Below, piece by piece: positions 1-14,124 of a stretch of DNA of 64,000 bases; the first letter of the stretch is position 1; every line of letters starts with the position of its first letter. The notes under the pieces are model-generated. The model made no database searches and was not told the origin of the DNA. It saw nothing but the letters and a program-made list of their open reading frames with translations. This DNA comes from the human T2T-CHM13v2.0 reference genome, Homo sapiens, in the NCBI RefSeq assembly GCF_009914755.1, contig NC_060937.1; one strand, 5' to 3'. A program made the position numbers and the translations under genes.

Positions 1-1503
1 TTTATAGAACATATCTTCCAATGGCTGCAGAATACACATTCTTCTCAGCACATAGATTATCCTCAAGGATAGACCCTATGCTAGGCCATAAAAAATGTCT
101 TAAGACATTCCAAAAAATTGAAATCATATCAAGTATTTTCTCTGACCACAATGGAATAAAAGTGGAATCAATAACAAGAATAATTTTGGAAACTATACAA
201 ACACATAGAAATTAAACAATATGCACTTGAATGACCAATGAATAAATTAATGAAATTAAATCAGTGTAAAAATTAAGAAGGAAATTGAAAAATTTATTGA
301 AACAAATTATAATGAAAACATGACATGCCAAAATATATAGGTTACAGGGAAAGCAGCACTAAGAGAAAAGTTTCCAGTTATAAGTGCTTACATCATAAAA
401 GAAGAAAAACTTCAAATAAATAACCTAATAATGCATCCTAAAAAACTAGAAAAGGAAGAAAAGCCACCTAAAACTGGTAGAAGAAGAAAAATAATGATTA
501 AAGCATAAATAAATAAAATTGAACTGAAAAATATAAAAATGAAAAGACTAATGAAGCAAAAAGTTGTTTTTTTGATAAGATTACAAAATTTACAAACCTT
601 TAGCCAGACTAGAAAAAAAAGAGAATATGCAAATAAATAAAACCAGAGATATAAAAGGAGTTAAGTTGATACAGCAGGAATTTAAAGGATCATTAGAGAA
701 AACTGAGAAACTGTATGTCAATAAATTGAGAAACTTAGAAGAAATGGATATATGCCTACACACATACAACCTACCAAGGTTGAACTATAAAGAAATCCAA
801 AGCTTGAGTAGACCAATAACAAGTAACAAGATGCAAGCCATAATGAAGAGTCTCCAAGCAAGTAAAAGCCTGGGACCTGATGCCTTCACTGGTGAATTCC
901 ACCAAACACTGAAAGAAGAACTAATACCAATCCTGCTCAAAATATTACAAAAAAAAAAAAAAAATAGAGGAGGAGAGAGTACTTCCAAACTCATTTTATG
1001 GAGCCAGTATTACCCTACTTCCAAAACCAGATGACACATCAAAAATGGAAAACCACAGGCCAATTCTCTGATGAATATTGATGTAAATATGCTCAACAAA
1101 ATACTAACAAACCAAATTCAACCACACATTGAAAATATCATTTATTATGACCAAGTGGGGTTTATCCCAGACATCCAAGGATAGTTCAACATATGCAAAT
1201 CAATCAATGTGATACATCATATCAACAAAATGAAGGGAAAAAAACCCATATGACTATTTCAATTGATGCTAAAAAAGCATTTAATAAATTCAACATCCCT
1301 TCATTTCAAAAATTCTAAAAGAACTGAGCATAGTAGGAACATACCTCAACAGCATAAAAGTTGACATGACAGACCCACAGCTGGTATCATACTGAATAGG
1401 GAAAAACTGAAAGCCTGTCTTCTAAGATCTGGAATAAGACAAGTATGCCCACTTTTACCACTACTGATCAACACAGTACTGAAATTCTTAGCTAGAGCAA
1501 TCA
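1..1503 (+). mobile_element. Old LINE-1 (L1M/L1PB-like) ORF2 fragment, endonuclease C-terminus to start of RT, disrupted
   Basis: ORF 21-215 has EYTFFSAH..SRIDPMLGHK..IFSDHNGIK (L1 endonuclease end); ORF 627-1034 has [30 protein letters not shown]; multiple stops and frameshifts; runs off the window start. Confidence 0.93.
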
Positions 1504-2001
1504 ATCTCTTGAATCCAGAGATGTTTCTCTGATACGTTCACTGATGAATTTCTGGTACTAGGAGATTATGTGTCATATGACAGGTGGTCAATAAATACTT
1601 GAAAGGGGAGAACATGTGTAGTCTCCTAATATTTCAGGAATTACACTTTCATGTTAGGCCATGAGAGGTGGCATGCTGAGTGAATTAGTTAAGATTTTTT
1701 TTTTAAACGGATATAAACATAAGTTATAATAGCTTAAATCTAAAAAGCTGGACTGAAATATTCCAAGTATGTCATCAAGATGCTAAGCCTCTCTCTAGCT
1801 ACCTTTTGTTCTGTTTGCCTCTGATTAACTTTGTTCTCATACACTTTCTGGTGGCAATGGCCCTTGGTAGTTTCATGGGTTTTGAAGTACATGAGCCTGG
1901 CATCATTCCCAATAGTGCCAATAAAAATCAGGGAAAAGACTGCCTGTTTTTGCTGGTTCACGTGTCCATTTCCAAACCATTGATAATGGATGTGGGTTGT
2001 A

Positions 2002-2806
<805 letters not shown>

Positions 2807-3089
2807 GTTAGAATTCTGTAACTAGTTAAGCCTTGATTCCATATCCACACACAGGAGCCCAGGACACAAGAGATTTTCTAGTTCCTCTACGTGGACCAAT
2901 GGTTTCTCTGCCCATAGCAAGAAGTCAACAAAAAAAGGATTTCTCCATGTGTATTGAGTTGGAAAAACCTTCTAAATACCATCATGTAACATGCATTCAG
3001 AAACCTTGTGTCCAGGGAGTATAACACTGAACAAACCTAAAGGAGGTTATTGGGGAAATAAAAAGAAATATATGCTGCCAATCCAGAAA

Positions 3090-3709
3090 AACCTCACCAA
3101 AACAGGTGAAAGAGAAAAGAAACAGTCTTATTATTGAATAAGCATTACACCAGAATGTGATGCTCATCACAGGCAATTCGCTAAGAGATTGGAAAAACAA
3201 AGAAATCTCATTATTTTATATAGTCAAACATATACAACCCATACATTCATGTTCTCAAATAGGCAAAGTAATATAACTTGGCTGCATCATTTGTGACACA
3301 TTATTCATCCTAGATTCACCTGGCAATTGTGGTGGCCATTTGTATTTGCTATTTATCTTTATCCAAGTGAAAAATAAACTTCTCATATATTTATCACAGG
3401 AGGTCGTTTTCAACCTGGATTAAGGTGCTGGCGGAAGTTAAGCTCCCAGTTTCCCATAGGAATTGGAAGGTAGTAGCTCTGTCTCCGTTAATTAGATGGT
3501 TTCTGAGTACTTGGAAAAGACATTCCTGGATCATAAATCTGGTGAAAGGTGTATTTTTTTTTAAAAAAAAAGATTTACATACATTTTAAAGAAGAAAAGC
3601 ACTTGTAATGAGGTTTTCTTATGTAAATATAATCTAAGAAAAGGCGGGGGTTCACTTTATTTTTAGCAGGGAGAACTAGCCTCTTTTTAAATTTTTATTT
3701 GCCCTTACA
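3090..3709 (-). mobile_element. ERV1 solo LTR, MER67/MER31-like
   Basis: Minus strand starts TGTAAGGGCAAATAAAAA; 3400-3640 aligns by eye with 6600-6830 (CAACCT.GATTAAGGT..GAAGTTA.GCT..TTCCCA.AGG). Confidence 0.55.
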
Positions 3710-4639
3710 AAGTAAGTTTTGAGAAAGAAAAGAGTAAAATAATAAATAAAAGAGTACATTTTTTCTGTGGACAACTGTAGTCAGTGAATAACTTTTTAAG
3801 TAGGCAAAGTGAGTTGGGTGGAAAGAGAGGTCACAATCACACAGAAGTCACCATCTAAAAACAGCACTTTCCACCAAAGTAATCGTTACAGTAATGGTGA
3901 ATAATGACAGGAAACCAAGTAGATAATATCCCTAAGATAAAGTTCTTTACTATATTTTCTACCACAGGACCAGACCTATAAATCAAACTTTTATAATTCA
4001 CATTTAGAGATTGTAGCTTAATACAGTTCTTCGAAGACGTAGTAGGTACTCACGTTAAATTTACCACTTTAAAACAAGGAATATCTTTTTTGTATGCTTT
4101 TTATTCTTTTTCCGTGTGTTACTATTTTAATTTTTATTATCATAAATATAATAAGCACTTCTGGTTTCATTGGTACTTCTGGTTCATATTAGAATGAACT
4201 AATATGTAAAGTCCTTGTACTTCAATATTATATAAAGGCAGTGTGAATTACAACCAGAAAATTAACTCTGTGATTGTACTTTAAAAAGAAAAAGAAAAAA
4301 AAAGGTAAGAAAGAATAAAGGAAAGAAAGAAAAAAGAAAACAAATGGAAATCCCCAACTATCAAACTGGGTAGAAAAGAAGAAGAAAGCCAGAGTAGCAA
4401 AAACAAGTAAACTGTTTAGCTCGTGGTAATATCACAACAGGCAGTTCATTTTGGATACTGGAGGTTTAATACCCTAAGAGAGACAGTGTGTATGTGTGGG
4501 TAGGTGGGTGGGTGGGGTAGGAGGTGGGTGTGCATGCACATGAGCACATCTGAGTGTGTTTGGAGACCTGGAGTGTTGTTAAAGCTGTGAGCCTTATTCT
4601 TGTGGGGGATCTATAAATCCTTGAGAGACAGTATAAAAA

Positions 4640-5070
4640 TGACAATTACCAGACCACAGATAAAATTAGAACTCTCACCCACAACTTCTATAGCAACCAC
4701 CACAGGAAGCCAAACCATAACCTCTGCAGCAATCACCCCTAAAATAGTAGGATTTGCCCAATTACTGCCAGCTTTTCTGATTATTGCTCTTCTCTTTCCA
4801 ACTCAGGACTAACCAGAAAAATTCAAAGATCTCTTTTCAAACCCATCATATAGGATGCCCAGCATCTAGTTAGCTGGAGTCCAGCTTCTCCACACCAACA
4901 AAGTCCATTCAGAGCATATCCAAGCCTTTTGTTCAGTATAAAGCTTTCTACTCCCCTCTCAACCTTTGAGTCTCTTCTAAATGTACCTAAAAGTACTTTC
5001 TTGCTATAGCAAGCTCTGAGTAAATAGCCTTTGCTTGATCTCCTTAGGGTGGCCTTTGTTTATGTCCACA
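4640..5070 (+). mobile_element. Probable old solo LTR, family not assigned
   Basis: LTR-like run AACCTCTGCAGCAATC..TTCCAACTCAGGAC.AACCAG..ATAGGATGCCC, TATAAA near 4937, degenerate poly(A) signal near 5019, ends ..CACA. Confidence 0.45.
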
Positions 5071-6409
5071 CACTAAAGGCCTCGGCAGAGTGAAGTGTGA
5101 ATTTGCTCTAGGTGCATGGAATTTTAGACCAGCCTGTGTATGCGGGACTGCATAAAAAATAAAATAACTCACCTAGAAGATGAATCATTATTGTTATTAT
5201 TTTAATCCTAACAAGTAGACAAAATGTCCACGTTTATCAAAGGAAACAAAAGAACTAAACAAGAAAATATAGTTAATGGATTACCTTTTCTTACATCAAT
5301 TGTTTTGTTTCATAGTTGGACCCTGAGTTTGCATAGATTTTTAAAAGAAAAATATTTGTTTGTTGTTTTAATTTGTATACTGTTAGCTCTTTGGGCATAT
5401 TGGTGACCCTTAATTGTCATTTTTATACACTAAAAAATGATTAGTGCATTTTTCCATTTCCCCTTTGCTATTGTATGGAAATAACTCCTTTCCATCTAAA
5501 TCTCTTCTGGGAGTAGGAACTCTGTGCAGGAGTTGTGTGAGGCCAGGCAGGACAGGTCCTGTCTAAACGTAGGTTTCCTTTGAGATCTGTGGACACTCCA
5601 ATACCTAAAAGAAAAGAGTCTTTTTCATACTTCAATATGTAACTAAGATTTTTGTATTTTGTTGTTGTTGTTGTTTGTATATTGGGTAAGTTGATTTTTT
5701 TTTTTTTTGTTTATCAGTTTAGAGAAAAGATATCTGTTTTGCCCTATCTTTGCTTATAGTATGTGTTCTGCCTGGAATGGGAGAAGGATGGGAGTACAGA
5801 ATGATTCCGTTGCCTAGGTTTGTAGTTTTTTGGCTGTCGCTCTTCAGCCCTGCTTCTCACCTCAATCCTGTAGGGTCATTACCCATCCTAGCACAATGTT
5901 GCATCTATGTCCCTTGCTCTGACACATTTACCAGCTTATAGTCCATAGACAACCAACATTATATTCTAGGAGTCTCAGATTTGAAGTTGTTCACATTCTT
6001 CTTCTGTCTATGGTCTTCATGGAATTTAATAAATTTTCTAATGAATGGTGCATCAACATCACTCTTCCCATCCAGTCACTATCTTCTCAACATTATTAGA
6101 AATTCCTTTCCTTCTTCACTTTCAAATTTCATTTTAGTGCAATATTCAGTAAATAGGAAATACATATGCTCAAAATGTGCATAATCTGCATCATAGCCAA
6201 AAATGCTTTATTATGCCTGATTTTAATGCTATCCTTATATCATAACTTAAAGAGAATTTCCCCCTCCTTTCTGATGTTCATGAATAAGTTTTCTCTTAGA
6301 AAATGACAAAGCAGCATTTGCACTGAACTTTTGTTTCAGTGAGGTTGAGTTCAGACTCAGTTCTGGACTTTCTCTCCTATTGCAATAGACTAAGTAACAT
6401 CTCCTTTGC

Positions 6410-6560
6410 CTGTTACAAAGAGAAATGACAAATGCTTGATATGATACATATTCCAATTACCCTGATTTAACTATTACCCATTATATTCTTGTATCACATT
6501 ATCACATATCTATGTACCTGATAAATAGGTACAACTATTATGTATCTATAATAATTAAAC
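6410..6560 (+). mobile_element. L1MA-type 3' terminal fragment
   Basis: AATGCTTGA..CCAATTACCCTGATTT..GTATCA..ATCACAT..GTACC..ATAAATA.GTACAACTATTATGTATC matches the L1MA 3' end pattern. Confidence 0.75.
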
Positions 6561-6574
6561 ATCTTTTTAAAAAA

Positions 6575-6915
6575 ACTTTCTCCTATCTTCATGATAGGAG
6601 AAAATTTTACAACCTAGATTAAGGTTTCCTGGGAAGTTAGGCTACTCTCTTCCCACAGGGAAATAGGGTGCCATCTTTATTTTTTTACATTTCAGAGAGA
6701 TGGCTTCCAGGTCCTTGAGAAATACAGTCCTGGTCTGTAAAACTGGCAAGAGGTTTTCTAAAGGATTTAAATATCTAGGATCAGACAAACGATTGACAAT
6801 TACAAGTTTTCTAAAGTAAATGCTTTAAGAAAATGGGAGTCAGGAGCCAAGAATCAGGAAGCAACCTGTCTAAAGTTTTGTGAAGCTGAGGGAAATGTTA
6901 GGGCTGTCTTGGTCA
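6575..6915 (-). mobile_element. ERV1 LTR fragment, MER67/MER31-like
   Basis: Minus strand starts TGACCAAGACAGCCCTAACATTTCCCTCAGCTT..AAACTTTAGACAGG..AAAGCATTTACTTTAGAAAACTTGTAATTG; related to 3090-3709. Confidence 0.6.
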
Positions 6916-8917
6916 AGTGCAATAGATTTCCAGCTAGATTTCATTAACTTCCCTCCTAGACTAGGTCAGTATTTAACGATTAAAGAAACCATTTGGTAGA
7001 AAATCCTCGAGACAAGACACCTTTCCTAATTTATTGTTTTTCTTATACCCTAGACAGTTATTTCACTTGCACCACTCATGGAATGAAGTTCACAAAACTA
7101 AATAGTGTTTTCTAAAAATGGCTTATCTTTACAGGCATTCATTTTTGTTCTGTATCAGAAAAATGTCCTTCAAATAAACAAGACTATGTAGAGTATTTTA
7201 TGGGCTGCCACGATTCACTGCTCTTGAAAAGATCTAGTTAATTACAATGAGATATATGTTCAATATCCATCATAATCTCAAAGATGGTGAATTACTAAAC
7301 AAATATACAGGAGGAGATAATTATCACATCAAATTTTAAATATTTAGTGGAATGTTTAAGATAGTTCACATGTGCAATATAAATTAAGTAAAGATTTAAT
7401 TGGCACAAGAGATTAGTTTGTGTAGGACACAATAGGATATACATTTGACACACAATTATTTAAGGATTTTAAATTGGAATAGATGGTCCACTTCTATGTT
7501 AGGAGATTGGCTGGAAAGCTCTTGGTATTTTTATTTTTTTATCTGCTTGCCTTTTCACTGCTTTGGTTGATCACATAACAACACATATTTAACTAGAAAT
7601 TTTAGAGTTTGGGTGGCTATAATTCCAGGAGATTCTACCTCTGGCTGCTGTGAGTAAATAAGCAATAACTCATATACAGGTGTGTGACATATAGTGACTG
7701 ACAAATGTTTACCCTTGAGTGTATTATTGACTTTAATTATTTTAAGTGTTTTTGTAGAGTTATATAACTTAAAGGCATCAAATAACATTGTCTCAAAATA
7801 AACAAAGAAAATTTTTTTAAAATGTAAGAATTTGTTAACATGGTAAAGTAACTGATGTTTGAAGTAACCAACATCCCATTTAAAACATGCAAGCACCCCA
7901 CCCCCACTTCCCATTCCCATCTTGATACAAGTTAGAAAAATAAAGCTAGAAAGAGAGGTCTCCTAGAATTCATTTGCATCATCCTTTTGCCTTTAGGAGG
8001 ATTTTGCATAACCTTTATCACATATATTTTCTTATCTAGAATGTGTATGTATATATATATTCTATTTGATTAACATTTTTACTAAAATACATATATAGCA
8101 ACACATATAAAATAAAAATCTAAAACAAGCAACTGAAAGATCCAGTTTATGATCACAGCCACATGCTAAATTTGTCATTGAATAGAGATTACATATTTTG
8201 TAATAACAATTTTAGTGGGTTGTAAGAACCCTAAAACTTAAAGTATAATTAAAAAAAATAGAAGTAAAAAAAAATTATATTAGTTAATATAAAAAACAGT
8301 TTCTGAACTAAAGCACTGTATAACTAGAAGGCATAGTTTTAAAACTGAGCTTACTAAACATAAATTTCTGAAATTAAAATCTTTATACCAGTCTCTTATG
8401 CTTGCAAATGCTGTGCTTATGAACTGTATGCAAACTAGGCCATGGACTACAATGATAACGTATCAATTCTTCTCAAGATTGACTATAGATTATCTTGCTA
8501 GTTATTTACAAGTTGATTTACAGTTTATTAAAACTTAACCACAGGGAATTTCATGACTTGTTTTATCAATATTAAATCTTATTTTTGGACAGTTCCATAT
8601 CCATGCATAGATATTCCCATAGTTATGTATAATATTTGTAGCAAATTAAAATGAGAAAATGCTAGTCAAAGAAAAACCACATTTATGTGACTTCAGGAAG
8701 TGACTGTGAAGCACTTGTTTTTATTATTTCATGCTGAATAAATATTCAGCAATACCTATCAGCAAATAAAATGTTTGAAGAGCAAAGGAATTCCTTAAAA
8801 AATTCCACAGATGATTTTGGCTTCATTGCAAATATTCTACATCACAAAAATTTTAAGCTGATCCTTGTTTTGACATTAGTCTCTTAAATAATCAAATGCA
8901 TAGTAAACAAAACATGG

Positions 8918-9488
8918 TTATGGTTAGCAGAAGAATGACAACCCCAAGATCTCCATGACCTAATCTCCAGGGCATACGAATGTGTTATATTACATCTGAA
9001 AAGGGACATTGTAGATAAAATTCAAGTAACAAACCTTAAAACAGGGAAATTAGCCTAGACTATCCTGGTGAGTCCAAAATAGGATCATAAGCAAATAACC
9101 TCTGGTTACCAGCAGAAGAAAGACAGAGCAGAAGGAAAAGATTCCAAGCTCTTTTGCTGGCATTCAGATGAAGGGTTCACATGCAAGAACAGAAGAAAGA
9201 CCTCTTAGAGCTAAAAGCAGCCAAAAGCAGAGAGCCGGGTGGGAAACAGAGACAGATTCTGCAACTGTAAGGAACGAAATTCTTCCCACAACTGAGTGAG
9301 CCTAGGAGTGGACTCTCCTCCAAAGCCTCCAGTAGTAACTACAGCCTTGCTAACTAACAATGCGGTTTTAGCGCATGAGACACCTGTTGAGCTTCTAACC
9401 TCCAGAACTGCGAAATTATACATCTGTGTTGTTCTAAGCCACTCACAGTGTGTAGGAAGTTGCTAAGGCAGTGACAAAATCTAATGAA
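8918..9488 (+). mobile_element. MaLR solo LTR, MLT1D/E-like
   Basis: GCAGAA.AATG..CCCCAAGAT.TCCA..CCTAATC start; CTTCTAACCTCCAGAACTG..TGTGTTGTT.TAAGCCAC end motifs. Confidence 0.85.
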
Positions 9489-11210
9489 ATAGGTAAGTTT
9501 CACAAGGAAAGGAGTCATAGTTTTTAAATGTGCATTCTCACTTATTTATACATGTAAAAAGGGCCAGAGTTTTTTGGCACACTCTCATTTATTTATGCAA
9601 TCAACAAGTTTTAATGAAAGCCACTTAAGAGTCAGAGACTGCATAGTACTGTGATAACGTTATTGGAATCAAGGGGATTGAAAATATACCAACTTCCTAA
9701 AATATACAGAATTAGCATATAGATTAAGTATGATATCAGAAATTGAAAGCAATAGTATTTATCTCTTCAAAAATTCATCTTACTTTCACAGATTAATAAT
9801 ATAAAGAAACAAAGGTAAGGAAGGGAGGATGAAGAGAAAAAAAGAAAATTCACAGACTACCACTATATTTGGATGTAAGAAGCATTAATTTGCTGTGCAA
9901 CATTTGAGTGCATGAAATCACATTTCGTTTTTGTTTAAATCAAAGAATGTGTGACTTAAATAATTGCCTGCATGGGTGGCATCATGTATATTATAATTAT
10001 CATAGGATCCTCTGCATTTCTTTTTTTAAAAAATTACATTTGTATTTTTCAAAGAGGATCTAGGTGAACTTTTGTGAATATATTCACAGGAGAAATTCCT
10101 AGAAGCTGATCTTCTCCAGTTTACCATAAAAAAAGTACTCATGGAATCTTTACAATTTTTAATTTACGGTGCACTTAATAATGATATTGCTTTATTTATA
10201 AAGAAGTTTTTGTTTGCATTTGTTGAATCTTTTGAAATTTATCTATTCTATCTAAACTGAAATCGAATTAATGGGATTAAATTTTAAAAACCCTACCCTC
10301 ATCCCAGTTGAATCTATGTTATTCTGTTTTGTTGTTATTTCTTTTTCTTTCCCCCTTCCCCTCCCGCTCCCCCTCTCCCTCAGCTTCTCATTTTCAGTAC
10401 CTGGGCAAGAGCTTTTTGCAATTCAATTATTAAGCTATTAATAGTGTAAAGAGTAATAATTCGTAGCTTATTCTCTTTCCAAATGTCCTTCAATTCTTGA
10501 ACAATAGATGTGTTTAAATGTAAGTAGCTCGTAGAATGGTTGTAGTTATTTTTTCTACATTCTACTCTAAAGATGTTTGCCATCTCATCTCAGTTTTAGG
10601 TTCCCTGTGCCAACACTTGTTCTTGAAATTGGGATGAATAACACTGGAATGATAATATCATAATTATTATAATGGTCTCTGTTTCTCAAGACAGCAGTGC
10701 TATATAACTTATTTCCCCAAATTCTCTTCTGACATTTTTGAATTTGCATTGTTGACATAAAGAAAAAAATAAAGATAAGCAATTCCTAAATACAGACAGT
10801 TGACTATAAATAATAACTTGGCTTTTGAAAACTTAGTCTATGAAACCTGTTACGTACACCCTATTTTTTTTCAGAAAGCCAAAAATATGCAAAAATATTT
10901 ACATTATTGGACTTTTCCTATGGGCAAGGTAAAATGAATTTTGTTGATGTTTACTCAAAGAATAGGAGTTAGGGAGTCCAAAGAATTACAGTGGAAATTC
11001 TGGCCAGGGGAATATGGTGTCCTTAATTCTAATAAAACATATTTCTTCTGTTGTCAGCTGTGCCCACTGTTGTAGGACCTCCCAGTCTGCTCAAAGATTC
11101 TCCCATCCAGGTTATTTGCTGCTCAAAATTAGTTACTAGTGGACAGGGATGGTGGTAATGGTAGTCTTCTGCATAAGGGACAGCTTTTTTTTGTCCCGAG
11201 TTATTAACTT

Positions 11211-11241
<31 letters not shown>

Positions 11242-11255
11242 TTCTCTCTCTCTCT
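11211..11255. repeat. (TA)n followed by (TC)n microsatellite
   Basis: Seen directly. Confidence 0.9.
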
Positions 11256-12383
11256 GTTTATTTAACATTTCTGGTTTTGAGAGGAAAAACACCCTTTTTG
11301 ATCTTTTGAAGGTCTTAAGTCTATAAAGAAAAAACAACTGAATTTATCTAATACCTAACAGGTTAAGGTTATTAAACTTAAAACTGAAGACAAATATCTA
11401 TTTATTCATTATGCCATGCAATCAGTAATATAGCACTTTGAGTAAAATGAAAGTTTGCTAAATATAACTCATATCTAAATGCTACCAAGAAGCCTTAAAC
11501 TGGCATTTGAACATAGATTCAAATAATCTTTACTGAGCACCTGTTATGAACACTACGTATTGAAGAAGATTGTCCTGAAAAACTTTATGATCTATTGGAA
11601 TATAATGGTATATAAAGTAGTTTAATGGATTATCATTTTATGATAGACATTTACATTGAGAGCTTTAAGACCATACAGGAGGGAACAAATGCCAATTATA
11701 TTTATGATAAAATAAGGCTTTCTGAAGCAAATAGGGTGGTCAATAGAAAAGATGTGGGGAGAGAATGATAGTTTTGTTTCAGGAGCATAATGTGCAAGCT
11801 AAGAGGAAAGAACAAATCTAGGGAATTTAGGAAATTCAAATATCTCAGTACAGCAGGACTTAAGAAAAATAGAGAACCAATTCTATAGTTTGCATGATAT
11901 TTAACTGTTTCAAAATCATTATGTCAGTGAAGTAGAATATGTATGATATACTTTACTTGTTTAATGGATCACTATAGCAGCTCCCTTTTAGTATTTTTTT
12001 TTTTTTTCACAAAAATGTTTATGGTGGATTTGGTCAATATCATCCAGACTCTACTCACATTTCCTCCTAGTATGGCTTCGAGTACTCTGTTGTCAGAAAG
12101 TGTAAAACAAAATTTGCACTTAAGCCTTGGACGACAGAAATGAGACAGAGGCAATCCTCTCGTTACTTTGGCTGTTTTCTTCTGGAAAGCAAGGATGTGA
12201 AGATGGTTTGGTCTGAAGTGGTTTTCCAATGCCCCAACTCTATGCTGAGGGGTTACAAGGTGACAGAGTCAGTCAGTAGGCCAGAATTTATGTTCAGTGT
12301 CCATCACTGGCTGGTGTGTGTCAAGACACACTTGTAGCTGTCGTTACAGTGGCTTCCTGATCCTAGCTTCCCAAAGAGCAAAT

Positions 12384-12547
12384 AGAAGATACGCTTCTAA
12401 ATGCAATAAATACATTAGCGATTTCCTAATAACCTATTTTCTAATTCGACAGTGGTCGTAGCTTTAGAAGATATGCTTCTTAATGCAATAAATCCATTGG
12501 CAATTTCCTTATAACCTATTTTATAATTGGACAGTGGTCGTAGCTTT
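12384..12547. repeat. Tandem duplication, 2 x 82 bp
   Basis: 12384-12465 and 12466-12547 align without gaps; 8 mismatches by hand count. Confidence 0.95.
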
Positions 12548-12691
12548 ATGATCCCGGAAAGTTGGACATGTTCTATGTGTCCTTCTTGAAAAGCCTATTA
12601 TTTTATAATTTCCTCCAGCCTTTCCAACTGTCATCTCTCTTACTAAAATATGGTACAGTTGTCTCTGTCTCCTAGACTGGACTTAGCCTAG

Positions 12692-13008
<317 letters not shown>

Positions 13009-14124
13009 AGCCTAGGACATTTCTATAAACCCAAACTTAGGAAACAAAATCTTGACTAAACTGTTAGCCCACAGAAATTAAAAAATCTTATTTAATCAAA
13101 TAAGATTAAACAACAGAGACACACAATACACATTTAAAGTGGTTTTGTCTGTAGGCAATTTTGGTTTAAGCCATGAATCCGGGAGCTTGTTTGCAACAGT
13201 CAATAATTTACTTTAGTTGGTTTTTGTATTCATTTCTTAGAAAGTAGTTACAACAGATGCATACTTCACCAAACAGAAAGTATCTCTATTTTCATATTAA
13301 CATAGTATATGACACCTAAAAACCTTAAACTTCCAGAATATAAAATGAGAAATTAAACTAATTCCTTTTTGTCTACATCTGACTTGACATGTCATATTAA
13401 TAGTAACAGCAAAGATATAGAAAAGGGAGATTCTATTTAAACCAACAGGAAGGTGTCAACATTTTGTTAAAACAATAGTGGATGAACTAGGCCAGTATTT
13501 CAACCATTGATACATAAAATGATACAATTTAACTATATTGTAGGTAATATCTATAAGCAAACATACTCTAGGTTATTATATTTTGTCAGGCATATTCCAA
13601 TACAGATATGCAGGGAATTTAAATATAGTATTCAAGTGGGAGAAGGTAGCTGATAAATTCCCTGAAGAAATATGTAGCTGAGATATAGGATAACGTTGAC
13701 AATTTATGCAGATCTGTAAGAGGAAATTAACCTGCACCATGAAGCATGTAGCATCACTAATAAGGTAGAAAGTGGCCTATTTGCAATGAATGATGTCAGA
13801 TGCCCTTTAGGCACTAAAGTGAAAGCAAGTTTCTCCTTGCAGCAAAGCCTCCCACTTTTAACTATAAGCAAGTAAAGTCCTCTTTAGCATCAGCAAAAGC
13901 ACAATATGTCAAGAAGAGAAAAGAAGCTTCCAGTTATAGCTTTCAAGAAGGAACAAGAGTGTAATAACAAGATATGATTATAATCAATGAAAAAAAGGAG
14001 CAACTGAAAGCCTGCTGTTTCAAAAATGAAAATACAAGAAAGATAGAAATAATTGACCTCTTCTTTGTACTTTTATGCAGGTAAGTACAAATATTACTGT
14101 TGTTATAAGGTTACCAAAGTTCCA

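Noticed and set aside
627-1034. Functional L1 ORF2
   Set aside because: Frameshifted and stop-riddled fragment with no intact RT
4600-4812. Thr-rich 70 aa ORF with hydrophobic C-terminus resembling a GPI-anchored mucin-like peptide
   Set aside because: Lies in a probable LTR, starts at TTG, has no signal peptide; composition explained by AC-rich DNA
3090-6915. The two related MER67-like LTRs as the ends of one provirus
   Set aside because: Their 5' termini differ, they are highly diverged, and no PBS, PPT or internal ERV sequence is evident between them
8732-8751. TGCTGAATA-AA-TATTCAGCA inverted repeat and other short duplications (15889-15911, 33637-33682, 55678-55705)
   Set aside because: Short enough to be expected by chance or routine slippage in 64 kb of AT-rich DNA
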